From Eledone cirrhosa (Eukaryota): 64,000 nt of DNA. The notes under the pieces were generated by a model. The model worked only from the letters and a program-made list of their open reading frames with translations, was not told the origin of the DNA and did not search any database. The stretch lies in contig OZ024747.1 of NCBI GenBank assembly GCA_964016885.1, forward strand, positions 74,276,001 through 74,340,000, read 5' to 3'. Below are positions 27,677 to 41,317 of this stretch, piece by piece. The position numbers and the translations under genes are program-made. The stretch's first letter is position 1; the number at the start of each line of letters is the position of its first letter.

Positions 27677-28079
27677 ATATATATATATACATGGGGTGTG
27701 TTTGTGAATATATACAACAAGACATATTTATGTAGTAGGTATATATATGGTGTGTGAGTACCAATCAAAATTTTCAGAAATGTTTCGGAAATATACGTTT
27801 CAAATATTTATCTTTCATCTTTTGTTATCATAATTCTATCAAACAATACCTCTATCGTTAAAATATCTCTGACTATTTTCCTCTATTAGATTTTATCAAC
27901 TGTCCGTCACTAGGCCATCAAAGTAAAACTACTTTCCGTTCGTTCCTCATCAGTTCGCTGCACTCTATACTATTGTTGGTATTAGTCATTACTAGAGGTT
28001 TTATTAACATTTTCATTGAGAAAACAAAATCACCCTATGTACAAACTTTTGTGTTTTTCTTGTGTTTAAATGAGAAACA

Positions 28080-28755
28080 AATATTATTATTTTGTATTCG
28101 ATTTTATATGTAAACCCCCACTGTCCCTGTCTTTTTGTATTATCCCCTATATGTGGGCCCTATTGGCCAATAAAGAAACCATTATTATTATTATTAACCA
28201 GTAATGACTGGGTAATTGCTGTCTTGTGCCAAAAAAGAAACAATTATTATTATTATTATTGGAGTTTGAAGTGAGAAGACTATTGTGAGCTCATCTACTA
28301 CCGCCTAACCGTCGTGCCCTGCCTCCGTTCACGCATCTCCAAATTGGAACAGAACCTCTTCAACTTCTTGTGAGAGGGGGATAGGTTCCATTGGCGAAGC
28401 GGTCCATCTGCTGCCAGCACCGCGGAGGGCTAAGCATGTCGGCATTTCCAAATATTCTGCCAAAATGGTGAACAGGTGTGTTCGCCGTTTGTGAGATTCT
28501 TTGACTGACCTGCAGTCCTGGGTCAAGAAGAGGCCGACACTGGGTGCCAGGTACCTGTAATGTTGTCCAGCACTCACTCCCTCTGCCAGACAGGCAATGA
28601 GGTCAGTGGAACTTCCACACTCTCGTGATTTATACAGGATTAGTGTTGAACAAGTGCGACGAAGTCGAACTGACCAATCTGAAGACATTCGAGACAGTCT
28701 GAAGACATTCGAGCCGGGGACTATGGCTAACTTCCAGAAATCCCTCGCTTGGCAG
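28080..28755 (+). mobile_element. L1/Tx1-like LINE pieces: 3' tail (28080-28196) and ORF2 fragment (28270-28755)
   Basis: LQSWVKKRPTLG..KTFEPGTMANFQKSLAWQ; the CTGTCCCTGTCTTT..GGCCAATAAA-(ATT)n tail is shared with 50590-50682 and 51610-51692. Confidence 0.6.
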
Positions 28756-28924
28756 TTTTTCTTGTATTTCTTCTTGTATTTTTTCTTATTCAAACTAAAG
28801 CACCAGTAATGCACTGGGGTCGATTTAATCAACTTTTCCCTCCCCTAAGTATTGCTGGCCTTGTGCCTAAATTAGAAGACCTTATTATTATTATCGCTGC
28901 TGGTACTGCTGTTGTTGTTGTTGG

Positions 28925-30045
28925 CAGTGATGATGGTGCTGTTGTTGCTGCTGCTGGTTATGGTGCTGCTGATTATGGTGCTGCTGCTGCTGGTTATGGT
29001 GCTGCTGATTATGGTGCTGCTGCTGGTTATGGTGCTGTTGTTGCTGCTACTGGTGGTGAGGGTGCTGTTGTTGCTGCTACTGGTGGTGATGGTGCTGTTG
29101 TTGCTGCTACTAGTGGTGATGGTGCTGTTGTTGCTGCTACTGGTGGTGATGGTGCTGTTGTTGCTGTGTTACTGGTGATGGTGCTGTTGTTGCTGCTACT
29201 GGTGGTGACGGTGCTGCTGTTGCTGCTACTGGTAGTGACGGTGCTGCTGTTGCTGCTACTGGTGGTGATGGTGCTGTTGTTGCTGCTACTGGTGGTGATG
29301 GTGCTGTTGTTGCTGTTACTGGTGGTGATGGTGCTGTTGTTGCTGCTACTGGTGGTGACGGTGCTGTTGTTGCTGCTACCGGTGGTGATGGTGCTGTTGT
29401 TGTTGCTACTGGTGGTGACGGTGCTGCTGTTGCTGCTACTGGTAGTGACGGTGCTGCTGTTGCTGCTACTGGTGGTGATGGTGCTGTTGTTGCTGCTACT
29501 GGTGGTGATGGTGCTGTTGTTGCTGCTACTGGTGGTGGTGGTGCTGTTGTTGCTGCTACTGGTGGTGATGGTGCTGTTGTTGCTGTGTTACTGGTGATGG
29601 TGCTGTTGTTGCTGCTACTGGTGGTGGTGGTGCTGTTGTTGCTGCTACTGGTGGTGACGGTGCTGTTGTTGCTGCTACTGGTGGTGACGGTGCTGCTGTT
29701 GCTGCTACTGGTGGTGATGGTGCTGTTGTTGCTGCTACTGGTGGTGATGGTGCTGTTGTTGCTGCTACTGGTGGTGACGGTGCTGTTGTTGCTGCTACTG
29801 GTGGTGATGGTGCTGTTGTTGCTGCTACTGGTGGTGATGGTGCTGTTGTTGCTGCTACTGGTGGTGATGGTGCTGTTGTTGCTGTGTTACTGGTGATGGT
29901 GCTGTTGTTGCTGCTACTGGTGGTGACGGTGCTGCTGTTGCTGCTACTGGTGGCGATGGTGCTGTTGTTGCTGCTACTGGTGGCGATGGTGCTGTTGTTG
30001 CTGCTACTGGTGGTGGTGGGTTGTTGTTGTTGTTGTTGTTGTTGC
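28925..30045. repeat. 30-bp minisatellite GGTGATGGTGCTGTTGTTGCTGCTACTGGT, about 33 units
   Basis: Direct; three 29-bp variant units at ~29163, ~29582 and ~29881 shift the frame. Confidence 0.95.
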
Positions 30046-31282
30046 TATATTATTAGTTTCGTTTCCATTGCACTTGTTTGCCATGGTTTTCGCATTCACT
30101 TGTTTTTTCTTCTTTTTTCGTCTTCTTTAACGTTTCCCAATAATCGATCATGGAAAATACTGCCAGCTTGAACTAATCTGATTCACAGCATTTCTAATAA
30201 ATTTTATAAGGCAATAGGAAGCCAACGTATTGATAAACAGCTGAGATAAATGATTACCAATGTAAACCTTAGATTGACATTATCAGGATTTTAAAGTACA
30301 AGATTTTAGTGAATCATATTAATAAGTTAGCAACATTATATCAATCATTCGACCATTCGTTAAAACAACGAAACAGCTTAACGGACAAGCTGTAGGAAAA
30401 GAAAGACGAAAACGATAAAACTATTTGTATGATATTATCTATAATATTCATTTGTTTTAATAAAATATTTTGTAAAGATAGTTGCTGTCTTCTGTTCGGA
30501 ATCTTTACAGTTCAGTTTGACAACTTCCGAAGTCTTCTAATACCAAATTCATAACATTGATAAACAAAGAAGAAAGGGGAAAGAACAAAAGTTAGATTAA
30601 ATGGAAGACAAAGGTATTGATTCGTAGTAAATAAAAGATGGAAAATGTTAAATATTTATAAGCATTCGTTTTATTCATCATCCATTTCGCTTTCTAAATT
30701 TAATGGTTGATATCGTGTCAAAACAAAAACAAAAATCATTGGATATGGAATAGGTGCTGCGTGGATAGATATTTAGGAAATAAATTATTGGGAAGTGAGT
30801 TCGCATCTCTCTAACAGTATTGGCCGGGTTTTTCATCAAAACCTTTCTATTTATCTTAGTTAAGAGAAGTTCTAGTAAAGGAAATAGCCGAATAAACAAG
30901 ATGCCAGTATTTCTATTTAAGGCATCACAGTTTGTGTGTCTTTTATGACTATAGTACGCGATGAATTGGCAGTCTCATTAGAACGTCAGATAGAATGATA
31001 TGCGACCTCTCCTACATTGCACAGTCAGTTGATATCACAGAGATGCCTTCGTAACTTTAAAACATTTGTGGATGAATTAGCAGAATTGTTAGATGTCCCT
31101 TTACGTTCTGAGTTAATACCCTATTTAACTCCATTTTTGCCCCATCCCGGGATACCATATCTACGATGGATGATTTACACAACGTCGAATGCTTTAATGT
31201 ATTACATCATCGTTTACTATCCGGAATCACCAGTTCTTCCCTTTCGTAAACAAAATAACATAAATGGTGTGTATATATATAT

Positions 31283-31620
31283 CATCATCATCATTTCATT
31301 TTACGTCCACTTTTCCCTGCTTGCAAGGGTGGGACGGGAACTGATTCTGGCTTGATTTCTACAGCTGGATGCCCTTCCTAACACCAACCTCATTTACAGT
31401 GAGTGCTGTGTGCTTTTTTGCCGTGGCACCTCCACGACCACTTTGCAGTGGAATGATTTGGACCCCAGTCCCTATCATCTCATTTCTACAGCTGAGTAAA
31501 CTGGAGCAATGTGAAATAAAGTGTCTTGCTTAAGGAAACAACACATCACCCGGTCTGAGAATTGAACTCACAACCTTTCGATTGCAAGGCCAATGCTCTA
31601 ACCACTAAGCCATGTGCCTC
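31283..31620 (-). mobile_element. CORE-type tRNA SINE with (ATG)n tail
   Basis: TTTCTACAGCTGAGTAAACTGGAGCAATGTGAAATAAAGTGTCTTGC (MIR/CORE-like); A and B boxes at 31560-31615. Confidence 0.8.
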
Positions 31621-31621
31621 C

Positions 31622-31690
<69 letters not shown>

Positions 31691-32596
31691 GAGAGAGAAA
31701 TAGGTAGAGAAAATTTAAATAATGAAGACTACGATGTTGTTGATGTAAAATAATGAGGCTGAAATTTCAGCTCTACTATTAGTATTTAGTACAATATATA
31801 TATTATCCTGTATGTGTTTATTTACTTATGAAAGTTGGTTAAGTGGCTGCCGAGATCAATTGAATATTACAAGGAATTAACTGCATGTCCTAGGAATGGC
31901 CTGTCGTATAAAATATGTTGAAGTATTTTTCCTTTAACAATACCAATTATAATACTAACCCCCATCATAAACATAAAACGCAGCTGTGGTAAGTATTATT
32001 CCCAACATAAAAATTAAATGTGTTATAAACAAATATATATTTGATGTTGATTACATAATAGTATTATTCATTTACTAATCGGTCACTATTGCGAAGTATT
32101 ACTAGTATTAGCGCATTTACTGTTTCAATTTACATATTATTTGCTTGCTATTATCTCTAACGATAACTCGTAATAACTTATTAAAACTAGTAAGGCAGAC
32201 TTTATGGTTGCCATTCGTTCACAAAACAATGATTATTTCTGGTATATGTTTTTCAGTGACGCAAATATCTAATGATGCAAATTATCCAAATGAACAAATG
32301 ATTCTTTAGCATGTGTTTCAATATAGCAAAAATAAGAGGAAAATTAAGACAAAGGAACAGAGAAAAACAGCCAACAGTTCGTCCTCGGTTGCATAGCGGC
32401 ACTTTACTCCGCGGCACTCTACCGACATAATGAAGAAACCGTCATTTGTGTGGGGAGATGACTGCTATACTAGTAATATATTTGACGGCAACTATAACAT
32501 ATTTTATTTCTATGCAACAGGGAAGACCACAAATAACAGCAGTACTCGATACATTGCGACACACAGAGGAATTATATACATATATATATATATATG

Positions 32597-32655
<59 letters not shown>

Positions 32656-33400
32656 ATACATGCATACACAGACGTATATATATATATATTTGTAGTGCGG
32701 TTGTTATATGTTATTTCGAACTTCCGTAGTGCTTATGTATGATGCTCTTTAGTAAGTTAGTCTTGTATGTGTGTATATATACGTCTGTGTATGCACGCAT
32801 GTATAGACACACACACACATATATACATATATATATATACATACAGAGAAAGATAGAGAGAGGGAGAGAAACAGACAGATATAGTAAGAAAGGCAGAGAG
32901 AGAGCTGGAGAGAGAAAACCATGAAACGAAAAGGACATTAAACAGTTACAATAATAACACCATCAGCAACAGTTGCTTTAGTAAATGTTACAGCCAACAT
33001 TCATCAGAATTGAGTGCAATGTGCTTTTTTCACTTGAGTCGTTGACATCAAAGTTAGGCTATCACCCCAGCTTTTTTAGAAAAATCGCCTTTGATGGTTG
33101 ACTCACTTTGATCCAGAAAACTCACTCTATTTCATCGTCGTTCGATACAATATTTTTCTGTTCTTTCTTCCTTTTTTTTTAAATTCTTTGAGCCGCAAAT
33201 ATTCACCAGTTAGATATCTAGTATATGTTTCGTGCAATACCACGATTATTAGTTACTGTGATATTACTATGGCGACAGAGAACGCCACTTTCAGCATAAA
33301 CTTATATCGAGCGCCTTTATACATGTTACCTACAATAAGCATTATAAAAGTTTATGTATATATATTTACATACATACACACACACCCCACACACACACGC

Positions 33401-33433
<33 letters not shown>

Positions 33434-33921
33434 CATTTATATGCATACTATACATTTATATATATATGTATATATATATGTGTGTGTGTGTGTATATGTG
33501 TGTGTATTATATTATATATTATATATATGTTTTATATTATATTACGTATGAATCGAAGTTGTAGCTGTAATGGGACAGATACCAATGAAATTGTTTGAGG
33601 CAGTCATAAAGCACTCAATGCTGCGAAACGTTAATAAATTGTTCACCCAGAGTCGACATATAAAGTTATATAAGGGTGACACTATGAATACATCTACAAG
33701 GTGTACGTGGTCATATATATATAGCCAGAATGACGACAAACACAAACTGGTAGTTCATGTGGTAACCACTTTGCGATAGATTTGTTTGCGAAGTAGGAAT
33801 TTGTGGATGTTGATGAGGCGATATCTCCCTCCCTACCTCCCTACCTACCATTCTACCAACCCGTCTACCTATCAACCTACCTTCCTCCCCATCTACCAAT
33901 CTACCTCGCCATCTACCTACC

Positions 33922-33967
<46 letters not shown>

Positions 33968-33982
33968 GTATATGTATATATA

Positions 33983-34583
33983 GGCATACGTCAAGACGGG
34001 CGGTCTCAAAAGTGAAAATAAATTTATTTTCCTTTTCGAAGGTCGTGTTTACATTTTGTGTGTGTTTAGATCTAAATTAGTTACTGAGATTAAAGACAGA
34101 AACAGAGCCTCTGTCGTTTTAACTGATTATATATATATGTATATGTGTGTGTGTGTGTAGTTGACGGTTGAGAGAAGAGTACTCAATACCGAAGTAATCT
34201 TGTAATGAGGCTTGCAGAATGGTGAGTCCGCCATTCTAGACGCTGCTGCCTTGCAGAAGTCCCAAATCGAAGCTCTGACACTCTCGTCCCCATCATTCAG
34301 CAGGAATTTTGCCAGGCAGCCGCATCATCTCCGATGGTTGGGCTTCCTATTCGGAAATTGAAGATGGGATTTACGTTCATGATGTTGTGGTGCACGAACG
34401 AAACTTTGTAGATCCTGCGGACCTTGATGTGCACACACAGCTCATAGAGAAGACATGGAGCCGTGCAAAGAAGAAGCTTCGTCGCCAGCATGTTTCGTTT
34501 GAACACACAAAATGTAAACTCAACGTTCGAAAATGAAAATAAATTTACTTTCACTTTTGAGACCGCCCGTCTTGACGTATGCC
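33983..34583 (+). mobile_element. Merlin (IS1595/ISXO2-like) DNA transposon, internally deleted, 601 bp
   Basis: ~80-bp TIRs starting GGCATACGTCAAGACGGGCGG; 9-bp flanking duplication GTATATATA; [37 protein letters not shown] transposase remnant. Confidence 0.9.
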
Positions 34584-34592
34584 GTATATATA

Positions 34593-35000
<408 letters not shown>

Positions 35001-35463
35001 GTATGTCTCCCTACATGCAGAATGCATATAAGGACACATGTATTATCCAACCGTATGCCAATGTGGTTCTATGGCAGGTCAATAAATTAACGAGCCAGAA
35101 CATATATAATCAAGGTTTAGCAAATAAGAAAAAGTTTTTAAATAAATTTTAAAAAGTTAACTGTACCTGCTGTAATTACCCTTACCGCGCGGTTTCAAGT
35201 CTCAAAATAGATGGATAATCCATGCGGAAATCCATTGAGAAGAAGACTTTCGTCAGAGGGTTCTTCTCACTCGGAGAATATAAAATTCCCGAGTTCAAAT
35301 CACGAACTGGCGCTATACAAACTGTTCCCGGATGAGAGTGTATGATGAAGAAACAATTTTGTCTAGTGCCGTGTGTAAAGATAGAAGGCAAGGGCGGAAA
35401 AGGTCAATGTCCTGCCACTAGAAATAGCAGCAGTTAAAACGACCAAAATGTTATCTCGACCAG

Positions 35464-35528
<65 letters not shown>

Positions 35529-35619
35529 GTTGGTATAAAGGCATAAAAGTGATCAACTAATCTTTAAGTTAGAAGTGCTTAGGATTTTATATATTGCTTT
35601 CCAATATCCTGGCGAATAG

Positions 35620-35773
35620 CGTTCTTCTTTTTCTTCCAACGAGCCATGTCAGAAGCAACTGTTTCCAACTGATTTCCAACTGATCTTGCTGGATCTCACC
35701 AAGCAGACCAACCGAGCTCATGGATGTTATCCAACCATCTTGCTCGGGATCTAGCCCATGGGTCTCCTGCCGT
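35620..35773 (-). pseudogene. RTE/Expander-like LINE 3' end
   Basis: GRRPMG-RSRARWLDNIHELGWS...ETVASDMARWK. Confidence 0.55.
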
Positions 35774-36371
35774 TTTAATTGCTGGAAAACTAAATTTAAT
35801 ATATTTAATATCTAGAATTATGGTTGATTTAAGGAATATAGCTTGTCAGTGAAACTAGAGAACAATTTCGTGTGTATATTTCCATCGTTTCCTCATTAAT
35901 ACAAATTCACCATTTCTACTAGCAGTAATGTATTCTCTAAGTACGTTGAAGTTTATATTGGACAAGTAGATCCTTAATGCTACTGAGGAAATATCATCTG
36001 TTTCACCATTACTGATATCTATGGCTTCAGATAGAAATCTATTTTTGTCACAAGCCATAGACTTGCTGTTTAACAAGTAGCTCAGTGTTCAATGAACATA
36101 TTAATGACAATATTTATATATCACATATCTATAAACTTAATCAATGGAATTAATCTTCTTAACCCATTCTGACCAGTTATATTCCTTCAGTACGAGTTTT
36201 CAATCAATCGTCATGTGTTCAGCACATATATCCTTTACTCTCATTAGTAATGCCCCTGTGAACTCATTAGCCATGCATAGCTAAATGATTACTCTTATAC
36301 TATTGTGTCATTAGAAAGCGGTCATATAGCCTCGGAAAGTATACACACACACACGCACACACACACACACA

Positions 36372-36431
<60 letters not shown>

Positions 36432-38129
36432 GAACTGGTAGTGTCGTTAGAAGGTTGGGTAGATTGGGTTGTAGTATTCGTTCTGTGCTCTGAGTTCAAA
36501 TCCCCCTAGATCAACATTGCCTTTTGTTTTTCGAGGTCTATGAAAATGTACCAGTCAAGTATTGAGGTCTATTCTCTTCCATATGCCTTTCCCACTTCCT
36601 TTCTATCATTCTCTCTAACTTGTTCACTCTCTCTCCTTCTCTGGAAGAATTTGACTATGTCCGCTCATACAAACAAAACGTTGGAATCTTTTCATTATTC
36701 TTTTATTGTAGTTTTCAATCTAAATTTGCCGTCGTTATTATCTCACAAAGTTATGTAGTATAATAACAACGCAACAAATATTAAATATATTTAGTGCGAA
36801 CGATTAATATTGGTTTAATAAATCGGATGATCCTGTCGGAATCTACTATGATGGATAATTGGTATTCCAGCAGAATTAACAAAACTTTCTCATCAATCTC
36901 TAACCGTAAATCACAAGAACAATGAATAGTAGAATTAAGAACTCATTTTCTTAGATAACCAAATAAGAAAGTGTCTGCTTATTTGGCTTTTGTAAAATTA
37001 GATTTTAATCAAATTTCTGGAAATCCTGCAGCGTAGCAGAAAGATGTGAAACCATCCATCATATACCACAGTCATAACAGGTGTTGAGGTGCAGCGACCT
37101 TTGTGTCATTGACTTCAATTAACCACCTGTCTACAGTATATTGATCAGTTTATTTAGAATGTTATGTAATTAAAAGGTCAAAAGGGTATCTGTATTTGTA
37201 AGCTGGGATCTTTCAATTTATACAGTGTCTTTCAAAATTTTTAAATTTTAACTTCATACATATACATCGTTTATTGAGGCAGAGGATCAGCAAATTTGAG
37301 GTTGAGGCAAAGTTGATTCAATCAACCACATTACTTCCCTGGTCTTTATTTTATAGACACTGGCAAAATAAAAGGCAAAGTTGACCTCGACACAATTCAA
37401 CCTCCCAATGTAAAGAGCTAAAACAAACCACGAAACGGTATTTTACCCAACGCTCTACTAATTTTGCCAATCGACCACCAGACATAATTTATATTAATTT
37501 CATATAATAGTAAATGTTGTTTAGACCCATGCCAGCACTGATCATGTCGACCCCTGGTCAAATGTTTCCAGCCGTGTCCACCTCATTTTGTTTGTAGATA
37601 TATTATGTACATTATATAATATATTTGTATTATATTATATATTAGAACAGCATCATCTAATGCTTCTTACTCTGATGAGTGCGCGCGTGTATATGTGTGC
37701 ATGTGTGTGTGTGCGAACGTGCGTGTGTGTGTGCATATGTGTCTGTGACTGTGTGTGTGCATATGTGTCTGTGACTGTGTCTGTGAGTGTATTTGTGTGT
37801 GTATGTGTGGTTTGAGAGAGATTTCGGTATTACTTTTATGAGGAGAAAAGCTACGTAGAAGCACGTCCGTTACTTGGCGTCCTATTTACTTTGTAGATTT
37901 GTGAAATAATTGTTGAGACATTAGTCCCTATAATATAACTCCATCGTTACTAATGAAAGCCAACTAATTCTAAATAGCGATACTTTAGTTATTTTACTCA
38001 ATTAATTCTTTAGAGTGTACAAAAAATAAATATTTAAAAGCATGCCAAGTAAATAGTCCATCTGTGTGATTGATATCATTATAGTGTTTTATGTCATTAG
38101 TATGTGTATGTTTGTATGTATGTATATAA

Positions 38130-38203
<74 letters not shown>

Positions 38204-38240
38204 GTATGTAAGTATATATGTATATTTATATGTATGTATG

Positions 38241-38285
<45 letters not shown>

Positions 38286-38327
38286 GTATGTATGTATGTA
38301 TGTATATAAGTATATGTATGTATGTAT

Positions 38328-38811
38328 ATTCTTCTGGTTTTATGATTTCACAATTTTTACCAATAGAGAGAGAGAGTAGGTTTCTAACATAGACTCAAGA
38401 CTCTCTCATTGGAATTTACACAACATCAACTAGGTAGGTATGTATGTATGCATGAATGTGTAGATATGGATGTTATTGTATGTGTGGATGTGGATGTTTT
38501 GAGTTGTATGTGTGCATGTGTATATGCTTTGTATCTGTAAATGTGTATATGCAGTTATTAGATGCAAAATGTTTGGAATGTTTTACATATTTTTACTGTT
38601 CCATTAATGGATTGTACTTGTAATTTCCTAACTAGTTGTGTTCTTTCTGTTTCTGTGAAGCCCAGCTTCTCAAGATTTGTATTGAGGCAGTTACTAACAT
38701 ATCCCAGTGCCCCAATAATCACAGGCATAAATCTGAAAGTGTAATCAGGGTGGAGTATCTGCAGATTTCTCATTACTTCTGCATAAATATTCTCCTTTTC
38801 ACTAATCTTCG

Positions 38812-38812
<1 letters not shown>
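38328..38812 (-). mobile_element. R4/Dong-type LINE 3' fragment (end of the restriction-like endonuclease) in (TATG)n
   Basis: KENIYAEVMRNL..PVIIGALG..LEKLG..GTVKICKTF followed by a 3' UTR; (TATG)n on both sides. Confidence 0.8.
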
Positions 38813-38844
<32 letters not shown>

Positions 38845-38850
38845 TGTATG

Positions 38851-38881
<31 letters not shown>

Positions 38882-39227
38882 GTGTCTTGCATTTACGTAT
38901 ATTTATAATTTGAGCAATTGGCAGAATCCTTAGAACTCTGAAGAATTAAATGTTTAACAGTATTTGTCTCGGTTCTCAGCTTTGAATTGAAATACCAGGG
39001 GTGATAATTTAGTCTTTCATCCTTTCCAAATTGCTAAATACTGTAACAGGTTAGATAAACTGATTGAAGGAAATTGTTAGAATGTCCGACAAGGGTCTAT
39101 GGCGAATCCGTTCGGATTCCCTCCGTCCTGAGTTCAAATCGTGCACCATATCTAATCCATGTTTAGTTAAGATGGCCCCAAACTAGAATATTTGGTATGT
39201 CTTTATCCTGCATTGATTGGAAAGAGG

Positions 39228-39303
<76 letters not shown>

Positions 39304-39328
39304 TAATATATATATATATATATTTATT

Positions 39329-39548
39329 TATTTATTAAAATAACAGATTAAAGTTTAAGCCAAGAATCGCTGCTTTCACCCTTACGGGATTTTCTGAAAC
39401 TCAGAAGATCCCGTAAGGGTGAAAGCAGCGATTCTTTGCTTAAATTTTAATCTGTTATTTTAATAAATATTTGCTCTACGGTTCTCATATATTTGATACA
39501 TATTTATCCTTATCGAGCCCTCTTTGGATTTTAGTCTTCAAATTTATT
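39329..39548 (+). mobile_element. pLTR fragment forming a 141-bp hairpin, with hammerhead remnant
   Basis: 39329-39397 pairs with 39401-39469 (3-nt loop); CAGAAGA-TCCC(GTAA)GGGT-GAAA. Confidence 0.7.
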
Positions 39549-39571
39549 ATTATTACTATATATATATATAT

Positions 39572-39756
39572 AACAAAGAAGGTGTGGTAAGAAACCAGGT
39601 GGACCATAACGCACCAGTGTACTTGGTACTTAAGGTAGTAGAGTGAGTAATAGGAAAAGAGTCAGGACCCCCGACGGCTGAGCTCCGGTCGTTTCGAAAG
39701 CTAGATCCGAACTAAGCCAGACTACTGGCTTAGTTCGGGTCTAGCTGTCGAAACGA
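39572..39756 (-). mobile_element. pLTR fragment (25113 family) ending in a 30-bp-stem fold-back
   Basis: 39572-39700 matches 25113-25240; 39690-39755 is a hairpin with an ACTA loop. Confidence 0.8.
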
Positions 39757-39949
39757 GAGAGAGGGGGGGGGGGGAGAAATGAGCTGCAACAGAAATGAAA
39801 CATGGATTACAGGTTAAAATGTCGTCTAGATAGATGAGAAACAAAACAAAGCTGTAGTTTATGGAACACCCAAATGATTTAGAAGTCGACCTTATGTAGG
39901 AGCAATAACATTAGGAAAGATATGAATGACACCGCATCATTTTGTATTG

Positions 39950-40262
39950 AAAATTTTGAAAGTAGGTTTATAAGTATGAATTTTCAGAAACTTTTGTATT
40001 TGTTTCTGTGGACTAGTGGTATGTTCTAGAGTCGGTTGAGATCCTGGCTTTGGGTTTAATCCTGGTCAAGAGGTACATGTAACCTCTTTCAGTTTTTATT
40101 TTACAACCAATAAAAAAAAAACTGAAAAAGTTTACCGGGAACCCTACTCTCGACCAAGATCGAACTTCAGACCAGGATCACCACCGACTATGATTCCTCC
40201 AACTAGGCTACCCAGAGAGCTACAAAAGTATATTGATAATTATAACCCTACTTTTAAAATCA
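39950..40262. mobile_element. Old MITE-like palindrome
   Basis: ATTTTGAAAGTAGGTTTATAA / TTATAACCCTACTTTTAAAAT and AGTCGG..GATCCTGG / CCAGGATC..CCGACT arm pairs. Confidence 0.65.
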
Positions 40263-40940
40263 AAGTTAAAAAGTTGTGTCGTTCATGGCTTTCTTAGAGC
40301 TATTAGTAATATTTAGGTTCGATTTCTGGTCATTATTGAAAGTCTCTGGGTTTCGCAAAATACATAATATTTTTTGTTGGAGAAGGTAAGATATTTTCCC
40401 GCAAAAATTTGATTGCAATGTTTTGTTATTCATTATAAAAAATAAATCATAGCATTCTATACGTAGGTGGGCACCCTTCATCTCCTGGCAACCAATATTT
40501 TTAGACGTAGTTCGCCACTGTACGTATGTATATTTGTGTGTATGTATGTATGTATTATGTGTGTGTGTATATGTATGTTTGTGCCTTTATTTTTTTCTTT
40601 GGTTCCCCTAATTTGATATCTTCCTATAAAGAATGATTTCGTTTCTAACAAGAAAGAAAACTTCATCGCTGGAATTTATGTTCCGAAGCAAATCCCCGTA
40701 AATAGTATTTTTCTCACCCGATTGTCGATGAAATGTTCACATTTGGGGGCCAGCTGTCCTTTATAATAACTCTACATAGTTTTATTCTGTCCCAAATAAC
40801 TATATCAAGCTTGTTTTTATTGTATTTGGCATTTGTTTTGATATGATTGTTTTACCAGTGTTCCCCCTGTTGAAGCCTCTGTTCTTAACAACTCGAATAG
40901 TTTCCATATTTATCCAAGTGCAGTTTCTTGCGGTTGGTAT

Positions 40941-40980
<40 letters not shown>

Positions 40981-41317
40981 GTAGGTGGGGTTTCCAAATT
41001 CAGCTACATTCAGCTACATTGCAATAAATTGTCTCCTTTACATTTTGGGTTTACAACTGGTCACATGAACAATATCTTCTACAAAAACAAAAAGAAAGTA
41101 TTGATCGACAAGATTGTGGGCCTTCGGAGCAGAGTATGATAATATGGAAAACGAAGAATCAGCGATTGCATGTGTTTTTACCTTTATGATTTTTTGTCTT
41201 TAATTTTCCTGTGTTTACTCCCCCCTCCCTACGTGTTTCTGTTTCATTTTCCTTCCCCGTCTCTGCCTATCCTTCGCACTCACTCCTTCGTTCACTCCAC
41301 CCCGCCCAACGCCCACC

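Noticed and set aside
27925-27955. CTGATGA..GAAA hammerhead-like spacing on the - strand
   Set aside because: No stem II pairing and no PLE context
28749-30171. Gly/Ala/Val, Leu/Val or PVAATTAPSP repeat protein
   Set aside because: Three 29-bp units shift the frame; the upstream part is SINE/LINE debris
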